Virus record (IMG/VR): IMGVR_UViG_3300044624_001881
Coordinates: 293-64,292 of that record
Length of the DNA stretch: 64,000 bases
Strand: one strand, 5' to 3'
DNA from: a virus
Lineage: Duplodnaviria > Caudoviricetes
The translations under genes were made by a program, and so were the position numbers. Below the pieces are notes generated by a model that searched no databases, was not told the origin of the DNA, and saw nothing but the letters and a program-made list of their open reading frames with translations. Position 1 is the first letter of the stretch. Each line of letters starts with the position of its first letter. Shown here piece after piece: positions 10,701-20,800 of the stretch.

Positions 10701-13700
10701 TTTAATGAAATTATCAACATCCTTAAAATGGAAGGTGATAAGTACACTCCAACTGCCGCAACTTATAATACCTCAACCGGCGAATTCGTAATTACTATCG
10801 GTTCACATGACTTAGAAGTTGGAAGATATGTTCTTCTTTCTCCAGAGTCATTTACATTCTCTTGTGCAACAGACGGTAACGTGCTAGAATTTAAGCACCC
10901 AAGAAGAACAGATCCTGCTTTCAAATCAGCTCTTCCAATTGTCGCAAAAACACTTACAACCATTACTGTGAACGTTGGTTCAACTGGATATAACGGAGCT
11001 CATACTCTTGTAGAAGTTGCAAATGACGCGGTAGTTGTTCTTGGTTCTGCAATTGAATTCAGCGATAACGTATCTATCGACGAAGACAGAAGAAATGCTC
11101 GTAAGCAACTTCAAATCAACCGCGAGTTCATCCAAAACTATATGATGGACTGGGCTGATAACGAGTGGTTCTTCTATGACAGCAAGAAGTGCCAACGCGA
11201 TATGAAAAATTATATCGTACCTGCTGTTCTAAGAGACATGCAAACTGGTACAAACTTTAACTCAATTCAATCTGGTATCGCTTATCGTTCAGGTATTGCA
11301 AGAGTTGCAGTAAACGAGCAGCTTACAGAAACAATTGGTGCTATCGATTTCTTAAGACAAGAAACAGCAAACACTGTTTCTGATCCAGTCGTTATCCAAA
11401 GAATCGATGATGGCTTCAACGAAATCATTAATATTGCAAGAAACAACAGCAAGAAATACACACCAACAGGCGCTACATATGATCCAGTAACCGGTATCAT
11501 GGTAGTTACAATCGGTTCTCATGACTTCCAACTTGGTGATACTATTATTATCGAGAAAGAAAGCATTACATTCTCTTGCCCAGATGGCGCAACTCCTGTA
11601 AATATTTCGCATCCAAGAGAAACGGATCCTGCGTTTAATACAGCGCTGCCAATTCTTGCAAAAACACTAACTACTATTACCGTAAACGTCGGTGATGCCG
11701 GCGGTTATACTGGTGTCCATACCTTCGTAAGCGCTACAACAAACGCTATTCGCGAAGCAGACATTTACGATGGTAAGTTTACACCATTAGATGCGACTTA
11801 TAATCCTATCAGTGGTGACATGACAATTACGATTGGTCAGCATAATCTGCCAGTCGGTAAGTGGATTTCATTTGCAGATTCATCTATCACATTCTCTTGC
11901 ACTAACACTGTTACAAGCTCTACAGTAGAAATCACCCACCCAAGATCGACAGAACCAGCATTTAGACAACCAGTTAGAATCACTGGTGTTACATCTAATT
12001 CAATTACTGTAAACGTAGGTAACGCCAACGGTTACACTGAAGAGCACACATTTGTAAGTGCTTTAGTTGATAGTATCGACACAAACGCTATCTACTGGAC
12101 AGATCCTGCTAAGATCGATTCCTTCTACACACCAACAGATGCAACATACAATCCTACATCCGGTGATATGGTTATCACTCTTGGTGAAGGCCATGGATTT
12201 ACAACCGATGATCATATCGAGTTTAAACCACAAAGCATTGTATTTAGTTGTGCAAACGGAGCTTCTATAGAAGAAATTTCTCATCCACGTATTGGTGAAC
12301 CAAATTACCAGATGCCTCTTGAGATTACAGCAATTTCAAGCACATCAATTACTGTAAACCCAGGTTCTGCAAACGGGTACGCGAATACTCATACCTTCGT
12401 AAGCGCTGAAGAAGGTGCCGTAGTTAAGATGCCTTCAGGTGTTACTCGTGAAGGTAAAATTGCAGCTATGAAGCTTCAAGAAAATAAGTCATTCTTACAA
12501 GACGAAGTTGATGCTTGGATTAGAGATAACTACTTCGTTTATAAAGAAGATCTATGCGCAAGAGACACTGGTCTAATTCTTGACGCAGTTCGTCGTGATA
12601 TGGCAACCGGTGCAAATGTTAATTCAGTATTCGCAGGTTTAGCTTATCGTTCAGGTAACGCAAGTGCTACTGAAGTTGTTACAAACCAACTTACAGAAAC
12701 AGTAGGTGCTATCACTTGGCTTAAAGGACAAATCCAAGTTATTACTAGCGGAACTGGCGAAACAAGAGCTAATGCGGCGTTTGATGAAATTATCGACATC
12801 ATGCAAAACGGTGTCGGCGCTGCCGATGCTATCGTGTTTGGAACATCATATGTTTCAGAAGATGCTCTAAGAGCAAAAGAAGCCCTTCAAGCAAACAAAG
12901 CATTCTTGCAAGCAGAAGTTACTTCTTGGATCTCAAACACTCACCCAACTCTAACATACGATGTTGCAGATTGTGAGAGAGACCTTGGCTACTTTATCGA
13001 TGCTATCTCATGGGATATTCAGCATGGTTCAAACGCAGCAACACTGAAGAATGCAAGACTTTACTTCGATAACGCAGTAGGTGTTCTTGCTGAAGAAGAA
13101 AAGCCAATTACTGCAGAAGCTTATAAGCATATTGGTAAACTTGCAGGAATGATTGTAAGAGAAGAAGCGGTAACACCAGAATCTCTTCTAACTCAAACAT
13201 TCAATGCTTCAAGTAACGCTTTAACACCAACGACTGCTTCATACGATCCAGTAACAGGTGTTATGATTGTTACGATCCCTTCGCATGGCTTAGAAGTTGG
13301 TGAATATGTAGTAATTGACCAAGAAAGCATTACATTCTCTTGCCCAGATGGTGGAACCCCTGTAAATATTTCTCACCCAAGAGAAACAGACCCATACTTC
13401 AATACACCAATCCACGTCGATGCGGTTACATTAAACACTATTACTCTGCAAGTTGGAAACGCTGGTGGATATACTGGAGCCCATACATTCGTAAGTGCTG
13501 ATGCAGATTCAATTAGACCATCTGTAAGTCCATCAGTTGCTCAAGAAGTTGTTAACCTATTCGAAGCAATCGGTAACATTGTTCTAGAAGATGACTTTGT
13601 AGAAACATTCACAAATGCAGGTTATGGAACTGGAATTCCTCAGATCAAAGAACCAACTCTTGTTGGAACTGGATATGACTCAGCTATCAATGCTCAGTAC

Positions 13701-16700
13701 GAGAGAATTTCTGGTGCAACAGTTAAGTATCAAAGAGAAATCATCGACTTCATTCGTGAAGAATACAACGGTCTTGGCTTCGATACAGATCTTTGCTACA
13801 GAGATACCGGTCTCATCGTAGACGCAATTACTGAAGATATGGAATACGGTGGTGATGGAGCAGCTACAAACGCTGCAGCATTCTACTTCAACAATGCAGT
13901 AAGCATTCTTCCATACGAGCAAAGAGAACCAACAAGACTAGCATTTGAGCACCTAGCCGATGTTATTGAAGATGTTGTTCAAGGTATTGTAGTAACACCT
14001 ACAACAGGTAATACTACAACCCAGATCACTTCTGGACTCACCTCAGATGCTGCTACAGGACTTAGAGCTAAGACCCTTACTAACATTATATCATCTACTG
14101 TAGATAACAGACTGGTCATTCCAGACTATGCTGGTTCGCTTGATATTGGACAACAGACTCCAGAACCTCTGCCATCTGCTGATCCAGATACGTTACCTGC
14201 TATCGAACCAAGCAGAACATTTGCTCGTAAGTCTCTACAAAAGAACAAAGCGTTTATTCAAAACGAAGTTGTTGCCTTTATCAACGACAAATACTTCGTT
14301 TACAATGAAGATAAATGTGCAAGAGACTCGGCTTATATTCTAGATGCAGTAAGAAGAGATGTTCAAACTGGCGCTGATTACAACTCAAGAATCGCTGGTA
14401 AAGCTTACAGATCAGGAACTATCGGTTCAAACGTTGTAATAAACGATCAACTTGCAGAAACAGTAGAAGCAATCAAGTTCATCAAGAAAGATGTAGAAGC
14501 TGTATTAACCGGAACTGCTCTTGTAAGAGCAACTACTGCGTTTAACAACATAATCGCAGCGATGGTTGATGATTATAATACTGACACAGCAAACTACAAT
14601 TTTGGAACTGCTACCATCTCAACAAACGCGACAAACGCTCGTGTTGGTCTGCAATTAAACAGAGACTTCTTAAAAGCTGAAGCGATCGCTTACATTACTG
14701 TAAATTACCCATCACTAGTTTATAATACAGCTAAGTGCGCAAGAGATATCGGCATTATGGTTGATGCGATTTCTTACGACATCACACACGGCAGCAACGT
14801 TGCTATCCGTGATGTTTCAAGACTATACTTCGAGAATGGAAATCCAGTATTACCAGCAGATCAAAGAATTCCAACAGCAGCTGTGTTTAACCGCATTGCT
14901 ACAGTTGCAGAATTGGCTCTTCTAAAGCAGCCTATTACTAAGTCAGTTGGCAACGCTCTTAATCCTTCTACAGCGTTTGGAACCGTTAATCCATCAACAG
15001 CTCAAATTGCTCAGAATCTGTTTGAAATCTTAGCTAATGTAATCTCAGCGAATTCTCTAGTAAATATGCCAGCGGCAATAGAAGCTACATCAACTGTAGT
15101 AGATGCTACTGGTTATAGCTACGACGCAGAAGCTGCTCTAATCGAAGGTCGTAAGACTTCTATTCAATCAAGTATCAACGAATATCTACAAAACACATTC
15201 GATTATCTTGAGTATAATCAAGTTAAGTGCCGCAGAGATGTTGGTTATATGGTTGACGCGATTTCACACGACATTCAATACGGTGGCAACGCTGCTATGT
15301 GGAATGCTGCACAGATCTACTTTGTAAACATGACAAACCTACTTCCACTTGATCAAAGAGATGCGACAAGAGAAGCATTTACAAGAATGGCTAACGTGAT
15401 CCATGACGTTATTCGCAATGTTGCAGTCGTAAAATCGCCAGGAAACTCTTCAGTACAAGATACATCAAACCTCACAGCTAGAAGAGAGATTGCTGCTGAA
15501 GCAAAAGCTCTTGGCCTAATGGTTGCAAACATTGCTGACGATAACAACCCAGATAATCTACCATCACGCTTCGAGCCACAAACAGCTTGGATGCCAGCTA
15601 TCGTTAAGACTGAAAAAGATAAAGTCGATAATGCTCTAGAAACTCTAGTAACAAGCATGATTAACTTCATCTCTACAGAATACAACGGTATCAGTTATCC
15701 AAAAGAAAAGTGCCGCAGAGATGTTGGTATCATCGTCGACGCCCTATCTTACGACGTTCAGTATCGCACAAACTATGCTACAAGACTTTGCGCGAATATG
15801 TACTTCGACAATGCAATAAGCGTTCTTCCATTCGATCAAAGAATTCAAACTGCTGACTTCTATGTAACAATGGCTGAATTAGTAAAAGATGTTATTAGAG
15901 AGCTTGCTGTCGGACAAGATGTTACAGGTTCACCTGCTACTGCAGTTGAAGCTGAATGGGCTGCAGACATGATTCGTATCATCGAAGAGGCAATTCGTAG
16001 AGATAGTCTAGATGCTCTACCAGAACTTATCGAACCAGATACTTCATGGGTAGCTGCAGCTGAAATAGCTGCCGGTGAAGCAATCGACGCTCAACTCAAC
16101 GAGCTTGGAGATGATGTAACACAGTTCTTAAGAGACAACTTCACTATCGTCGATTACAGCAAAGCAAAATGCCGTCGTGACTCAGGTTATATTCTAGATG
16201 CTATGTCTTGGGATCTTAACTATGGTGGTAACCTTGCTTCAAGATGGAATGCTGACTTCTACTACTGGAATAACCAACTTCGTATTCCAGAAAATACAAG
16301 AGAAGCAACAGCGAAATCTTATCGTAAACTTGGTGAGATTGTAAGCAAGGTTGTAACTGGAAGCTATCCAGGACAGCTACTTCGCCCAGAACTTGGCGGC
16401 GAAGCACAATCAACTCAAGCTTATGATCTTGGATTGATCTTCTATAATGCACTGTTCTACAATACACCAAAAGCTCTTGGCCCGACAATTAAGCCAAACT
16501 TCGAGTGGGAAGAAGATCAACAGTTTAGATTCGCTAAGGATATTCTAAGCAATAATAAGGCAAAGCTACAACGTGAAGTTCAGAGATTTATTACTTCTGA
16601 ATATAAGTTTATCGATCTACCAAAAACTTATCGCGATGCTGGTAACCTACTTAAGATCCTACAGAACGATATTAAAGATGAGTCTGGTCGTCCAGGTGGA

Positions 16701-17453
16701 TACAATCTTCCAGGTGGTCCAGTCAGCACAGGATCTGATAGAGCAACTAGATCATTTGTTGGTGCGTTGTTTAACATCAATGCTCAACACGTGTTCCCAG
16801 TGTTTAACCCACCATCATCGTTTGCTAACTGGCGCAGACTGAAATTTAAAGGAACTGTTGCAAACTCTACTGCAAGAGATGCATTAACAAACAAGAAGCG
16901 TTGGGACTCATACATTATTCCGATAAATAACAGTGGAAACCGTTATGTAGGTGAAATCTGGTACTGGACTGGTACAACATGGGCGTCTGCTGGACAGAAT
17001 AATACTGATCTTCTAGATTCCTTTGTTGGTGCGTGGGAGCGTATCAGAGATTACATAAATAACAATGTAGCAACACAAATTGTACAAAGAACAATGATAA
17101 CTGAACTCATCGACAACGTGCTTATTGATAGTGTTATTAGACCGGATTTCCTAGTATTCGGTTCGCTAGTTGAATCTATCGCTCACCAGTTTAACGGTGC
17201 GTCGGCAGGTGTTAACAGAAACGCACTACCACTAAACTTCAGAAACGTAGGTGCAGCAATTGGTGCAAATGCGTCGGTTCTATCTGAAAACGGTGGACGT
17301 ATTAGATGGTCGGGTTCTGACGAATTAAATAACCAGTACTTCGCAAGAGGTCTAAAAATTAATGGTAGAACCGGTCGTATCGAAGGTCGTCCGTTTACAT
17401 CATCGGTGAGAAAACTAGCAAGAAGAGCATCTAACTCAAGGGCATCACTATAA
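7704..17453 (+). CDS. Giant repetitive virion structural protein (3249 aa)
   Basis: Uninterrupted ORF under a late promoter. Contains an Asn/Ser/Ile-rich beta-helix-like N-terminal region, a 'YVASDGDDRNDG' beta-helix-type domain, 11 CxRD helical repeats and 5 'P..A.Y...(T/S)G...HPR' beta modules. Confidence 0.75.
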   Translation: MSKISELGPIKGANTRTEDLFVIVNLIQGDDGTKNITRKELVQAIQYEIFDRITITGGSISNVVMFNSTLNDVTINSSDFNNGNIDNSAIDGSTIVDSDFSDGTGNNNIFTNTIVDQSQILNSTANNMQITNSDFSEGTGNNVILTNSQVDFSLFNQVTIEGGTANNLILTNITIDELILEDALISNSTIITTSFSNGTIYDTGISNSTIIDTDLDNVDITNSRFANGEVSNTEITNSNFANGNIIATNIVESDFSDGTGNNNIFTNTTIDQSTITNSILANSAFQGTMSNVVAENLQITSSSADGLAQTRSTFDGGLVTDSDIKESRIANSTIENSTLIDFDMDLKKVFEAPIDEDSYFALKNVKTGDTEKMTYRQLYDEVSRKTASALKVYVASDGDDRNDGTVLKPVRTLKRAEELALEKAGGSYNRNDLNNAVHISVGPGTYYVDEPIALPDDCSMTSTGGQYATVIQKLPGWERTNGVLVGSGCYVQGFSYMNFEVDNFDQPEGGFAIAYRPGALLRRSPYIRDSTQLSNFNRLDVEPPLNPFNSKGTILDLGQEFYLEPGHSAQSQFEVDDEITFSSGASGYVSYVADIDSNRQIYVRNLKGNVKPGDLLYAQRGGTGTVQSIGIDDFPNRLVGRGGGCVLCDRALLDTDSLYTYLLCFGFTPRTQNGTGYVAKNGAGINGIGSLSIFTRQAFFALDGGQMTLNNSGSQFGDISMRARGNTVIIRPANANQSNLLSNTSFSDDIEASKEEIIDDMIEYLTSNTTSGGLGYQGYNADKCFRDTGIIVDNTGYDVATNGNYWGRLNGITYRSPISYVVVNEQLNETVGSIEHLKESMDFIFENSTSEVRDRVSVSLNETLNVLQNGEEFANNIIFTDTGNGPATAARELVQDNREFIIEEFIDWLDNNEEFYAYDSTKCKRDVREFILPAVKYDTMLDTNYNSVTAGNAYYFKAAKNVIGAQREETVAAYERLRKTTDEIVEPISSRFAVEAYEKFNEIINILKMEGDKYTPTAATYNTSTGEFVITIGSHDLEVGRYVLLSPESFTFSCATDGNVLEFKHPRRTDPAFKSALPIVAKTLTTITVNVGSTGYNGAHTLVEVANDAVVVLGSAIEFSDNVSIDEDRRNARKQLQINREFIQNYMMDWADNEWFFYDSKKCQRDMKNYIVPAVLRDMQTGTNFNSIQSGIAYRSGIARVAVNEQLTETIGAIDFLRQETANTVSDPVVIQRIDDGFNEIINIARNNSKKYTPTGATYDPVTGIMVVTIGSHDFQLGDTIIIEKESITFSCPDGATPVNISHPRETDPAFNTALPILAKTLTTITVNVGDAGGYTGVHTFVSATTNAIREADIYDGKFTPLDATYNPISGDMTITIGQHNLPVGKWISFADSSITFSCTNTVTSSTVEITHPRSTEPAFRQPVRITGVTSNSITVNVGNANGYTEEHTFVSALVDSIDTNAIYWTDPAKIDSFYTPTDATYNPTSGDMVITLGEGHGFTTDDHIEFKPQSIVFSCANGASIEEISHPRIGEPNYQMPLEITAISSTSITVNPGSANGYANTHTFVSAEEGAVVKMPSGVTREGKIAAMKLQENKSFLQDEVDAWIRDNYFVYKEDLCARDTGLILDAVRRDMATGANVNSVFAGLAYRSGNASATEVVTNQLTETVGAITWLKGQIQVITSGTGETRANAAFDEIIDIMQNGVGAADAIVFGTSYVSEDALRAKEALQANKAFLQAEVTSWISNTHPTLTYDVADCERDLGYFIDAISWDIQHGSNAATLKNARLYFDNAVGVLAEEEKPITAEAYKHIGKLAGMIVREEAVTPESLLTQTFNASSNALTPTTASYDPVTGVMIVTIPSHGLEVGEYVVIDQESITFSCPDGGTPVNISHPRETDPYFNTPIHVDAVTLNTITLQVGNAGGYTGAHTFVSADADSIRPSVSPSVAQEVVNLFEAIGNIVLEDDFVETFTNAGYGTGIPQIKEPTLVGTGYDSAINAQYERISGATVKYQREIIDFIREEYNGLGFDTDLCYRDTGLIVDAITEDMEYGGDGAATNAAAFYFNNAVSILPYEQREPTRLAFEHLADVIEDVVQGIVVTPTTGNTTTQITSGLTSDAATGLRAKTLTNIISSTVDNRLVIPDYAGSLDIGQQTPEPLPSADPDTLPAIEPSRTFARKSLQKNKAFIQNEVVAFINDKYFVYNEDKCARDSAYILDAVRRDVQTGADYNSRIAGKAYRSGTIGSNVVINDQLAETVEAIKFIKKDVEAVLTGTALVRATTAFNNIIAAMVDDYNTDTANYNFGTATISTNATNARVGLQLNRDFLKAEAIAYITVNYPSLVYNTAKCARDIGIMVDAISYDITHGSNVAIRDVSRLYFENGNPVLPADQRIPTAAVFNRIATVAELALLKQPITKSVGNALNPSTAFGTVNPSTAQIAQNLFEILANVISANSLVNMPAAIEATSTVVDATGYSYDAEAALIEGRKTSIQSSINEYLQNTFDYLEYNQVKCRRDVGYMVDAISHDIQYGGNAAMWNAAQIYFVNMTNLLPLDQRDATREAFTRMANVIHDVIRNVAVVKSPGNSSVQDTSNLTARREIAAEAKALGLMVANIADDNNPDNLPSRFEPQTAWMPAIVKTEKDKVDNALETLVTSMINFISTEYNGISYPKEKCRRDVGIIVDALSYDVQYRTNYATRLCANMYFDNAISVLPFDQRIQTADFYVTMAELVKDVIRELAVGQDVTGSPATAVEAEWAADMIRIIEEAIRRDSLDALPELIEPDTSWVAAAEIAAGEAIDAQLNELGDDVTQFLRDNFTIVDYSKAKCRRDSGYILDAMSWDLNYGGNLASRWNADFYYWNNQLRIPENTREATAKSYRKLGEIVSKVVTGSYPGQLLRPELGGEAQSTQAYDLGLIFYNALFYNTPKALGPTIKPNFEWEEDQQFRFAKDILSNNKAKLQREVQRFITSEYKFIDLPKTYRDAGNLLKILQNDIKDESGRPGGYNLPGGPVSTGSDRATRSFVGALFNINAQHVFPVFNPPSSFANWRRLKFKGTVANSTARDALTNKKRWDSYIIPINNSGNRYVGEIWYWTGTTWASAGQNNTDLLDSFVGAWERIRDYINNNVATQIVQRTMITELIDNVLIDSVIRPDFLVFGSLVESIAHQFNGASAGVNRNALPLNFRNVGAAIGANASVLSENGGRIRWSGSDELNNQYFARGLKINGRTGRIEGRPFTSSVRKLARRASNSRASL

Positions 17454-17875
17454 TGGCTATTACAACTATCGTAACATCTCAGTCGCCAGACGCTAAACCG
17501 GTAGCTAAATCTTTTACTTTAACTACCAACTGGCAAACAATGATCGAAGTTCCAAACTATGAAGTACCTGAACTTGTGTTTGGTGGTTCAACTACGATCG
17601 AACCTGGTGTTGGTGAAGTTATTTCACCTCTCATGCTCTGTAACTTTACAGCAAACACTGTAGCAGTTGATGTTAGAACTTACAGATATGTAGAAAACGA
17701 CACATTTTTTATTGTAAGAAATTTACAAATCCCAGGTTTTGATACAATTCCTTTACCGCTTAACGGTCAATTCTTTAAGTCCGGTGATTTATTAGAAATT
17801 AAAGCAGATACAAACCTATCTGTTGACGCTACGTTATCATTTACTCTTGGACAAGCTGAGGAGGATGACGTATAA
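17453..17875 (+). CDS. Small virion-associated protein (140 aa)
   Basis: Start overlaps the upstream stop (TAATG) and its stop overlaps the next start. Sequence is beta-rich. Confidence 0.6.
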   Translation: MAITTIVTSQSPDAKPVAKSFTLTTNWQTMIEVPNYEVPELVFGGSTTIEPGVGEVISPLMLCNFTANTVAVDVRTYRYVENDTFFIVRNLQIPGFDTIPLPLNGQFFKSGDLLEIKADTNLSVDATLSFTLGQAEEDDV

Positions 17876-20800
17876 TGCCATTTCGTTCTTTAGGTGGTAG
17901 CCGAATCATTGGATCTGGTGTTCCTCAACCAACACCGATCACATTAGATCCAGCACCGTATTTAGGCTCTTTAGTTTATGGACAAGACGGACGCGTTTAC
18001 GCTTCTAATGGTACTGCCTGGGTCGATATAGGTTCAGGTGCTGTTGGTCCTCAAGGTATTCAAGGTACTACTGGTGTTCAAGGTTTACAAGGTGATTACG
18101 GCCCTGGATTTACTATCGTTGGTTCTGTAGCTAACGTAGACACAGGAGGCGACCCACAAGCTACTCTTAATACTGCCTTTCCTACTGCAAGCATAGGCGA
18201 TGGTGTTATCGATGAAACAGATGATGAGCTTTGGGTTTATGTTGGATCGAGTGTTTGGGTAAATATCGGTTCATTCCGTGGTGTACAAGGTTTTACCGGT
18301 ATACAAGGTATTCAAGGTAATCAAGGTACAATCGGTGAAGAAGGTATTCAAGGTTCTCGTGGTTTCCGCGGAAACCAAGGCATTCAAGGTTTTCAAGGAA
18401 CTACTGGTATCCAAGGAACACAAGGCATTCAAGGTTTTCAAGGGCCGCAAGGTACCCGTGGTCTTCAAGGTGTTCAAGGTACCCGTGGTATTCAGGGCTT
18501 CAGAGGTATCCAAGGCACGCGTGGTCTTCAGGGAGTTCAAGGCGACCAAGGTCTACAAGGCGATACCGGTATTCAAGGTATAGCCGGTGATTTCGGAGGT
18601 CTTTCTTACGACTTTACATATAGCAATGTTACTACAGATGCGGATCCTGGAACTGGTAACGTTCGCTTTAGTAGCACAAACCTTGCTTCTTCTGGTCTTG
18701 TCATGTATATTGACGACCAAGATGATGGTGGAGTACAAGTAACTGATGGTATTATGACTGAACTAGCAGGTGTTGCCGGCTCGGTCAAAGGTTACATGAA
18801 AATTGTAAATGGTGCTAACATCTACGATCAAGCAACATTTAGAATTGACTCTAACTTAGTAGACGCAACAGGTTATTGGAAAGTAGATGTAACTCTAATT
18901 AATGGTGTTACGTCATTTACTAATGGTACTGATTTTAGAATTTCATTTGTAAGAAACGGTGAGCAAGGTATTCAAGGACCTCGTGGTTTTCAAGGCGTTC
19001 AAGGAACACGCGGTATTCAAGGCAACACTGGTATACAAGGCGATCAGGGACTACAAGGTATTCAGGGACCTCGTGGTATTCAAGGTACCCGCGGTATTCA
19101 GGGTATTCAAGGACCTCGTGGTTTCCAAGGCGTACAAGGTACACGCGGTATTCAAGGCAATACTGGTATCCAAGGTGAGCAAGGTCTGCAGGGTGATACT
19201 GGTATTCAAGGTACTACCGGTATTCAAGGTTCAAGAGGTGTTCAAGGTCTTTTAGGTGATACTGGTTCTCAAGGAACTCAAGGTTTTCAAGGTACAAGAG
19301 GAATACAAGGAGTTCAAGGGGTTGCTGGTTCTTACGGCGGCGCTGCATTTGAATATAATTACTCCCCTGATATTACTCCAACTGCTCCAGCAAGTGGTGT
19401 TTTAAAGCTTAACTCATCTACCGTAACATCAGCAACTATTATTAGACTATCAGACACTGATGCTTTTGGAAGTAATATTGAAACTTTCTTAAGAACTCTT
19501 GATCTTTCTTCAAGCGCTCTTAAAGCTTATATTAAAGTTACTTCTATCCAAAATCCGCAAAATTTCTTATTGTATTCTCTGAATAGCTTAACAGAAGCAT
19601 CTACATCGTTCAACTTCTCGGTAACATACTTATCAAAGTCACCTGCCGCAGACGCTGCTTATTTTACAACTAATCCAGACATAGTTGTTTCATTCACTGT
19701 GACTGGTGATCAAGGTGTACAAGGCTTCCAAGGCTTCCAAGGTGCTACAGGTATACAAGGTGATCTAGGTATTCAAGGACCAACCGGTGCTGGCACTCAA
19801 GGTATTCAGGGTATTCAAGGTGATCTTGGATTCCAAGGTGTACAAGGTTTCCCAGGACCAATCGGACCTCAAGGCATTCAAGGTGTAGAAGGTTCACAAG
19901 GTACTGGTGGTTTACAAGGATCTACTGGTGGATTTGGTGGTATTACTTTTGATTACACTTGGAGCACAAATACTGTAGCAACAGATCCTGGTGTAGGTTT
20001 CCTTAAAGTTAATAACGCATTAGTTCCTTCTGCAACAGCGCTGTACATAGATGATAGAGACGATAACTTTGTCGATATTCAACCGTTCCTTAGAACTATT
20101 GATGACTCTACAAGTCCAATCAAAGGCCACTTTAAAATTACTGCTAAAGCTGATCCAGCTGATTTCGCTATTTTCTCTATCAACTCTCTTGTAGAAAATG
20201 CAGGTTACTTTACAGTTAGCTGTTCTCATGTTTCTGGTACTGAAACTGCTTCGTTCCCGAATAACTATGACGTTACTATTACGTTCTCAAGAACTGGTGA
20301 TATCGGCCCTGCCGGTCCACAAGGAACAAGAGGTATTCAAGGCTTTACGGGTATTCAAGGTAATAATGGAGAAGGTGCACAAGGTATCCAAGGACCTAGA
20401 GGTCCACAAGGTACAAGAGGTTCTCAAGGTACTGCCGGTTTCGTTGGTGGATCTGGTATTCAAGGCTTCAGAGGTTTCCAGGGTTTCCAAGGCATTCAAG
20501 GTCTAGCTGGTAACGATGGGCAAGAAGGTTCTCAGGGCGCTCAAGGTATTATCGGTCCTCAAGGTGTTCAAGGTGAATCTGGTGCGCAAGGTGTGCAGGG
20601 TGAACGTGGTTTAGATGGTACAGGCGCTGCAGGTATTCAAGGCTTTAGAGGTTTCCAAGGCTTTACTGGAGCAGGTATCCAAGGTTTACAAGGTATTCAG
20701 GGTAATCTAGGATTCCAAGGTGCTAATGGTTCTGGTAACCAAGGCACACGAGGCCCGCAAGGTTTTATCGGTGACGATGGTTTCCAAGGTGTGCAAGGAC

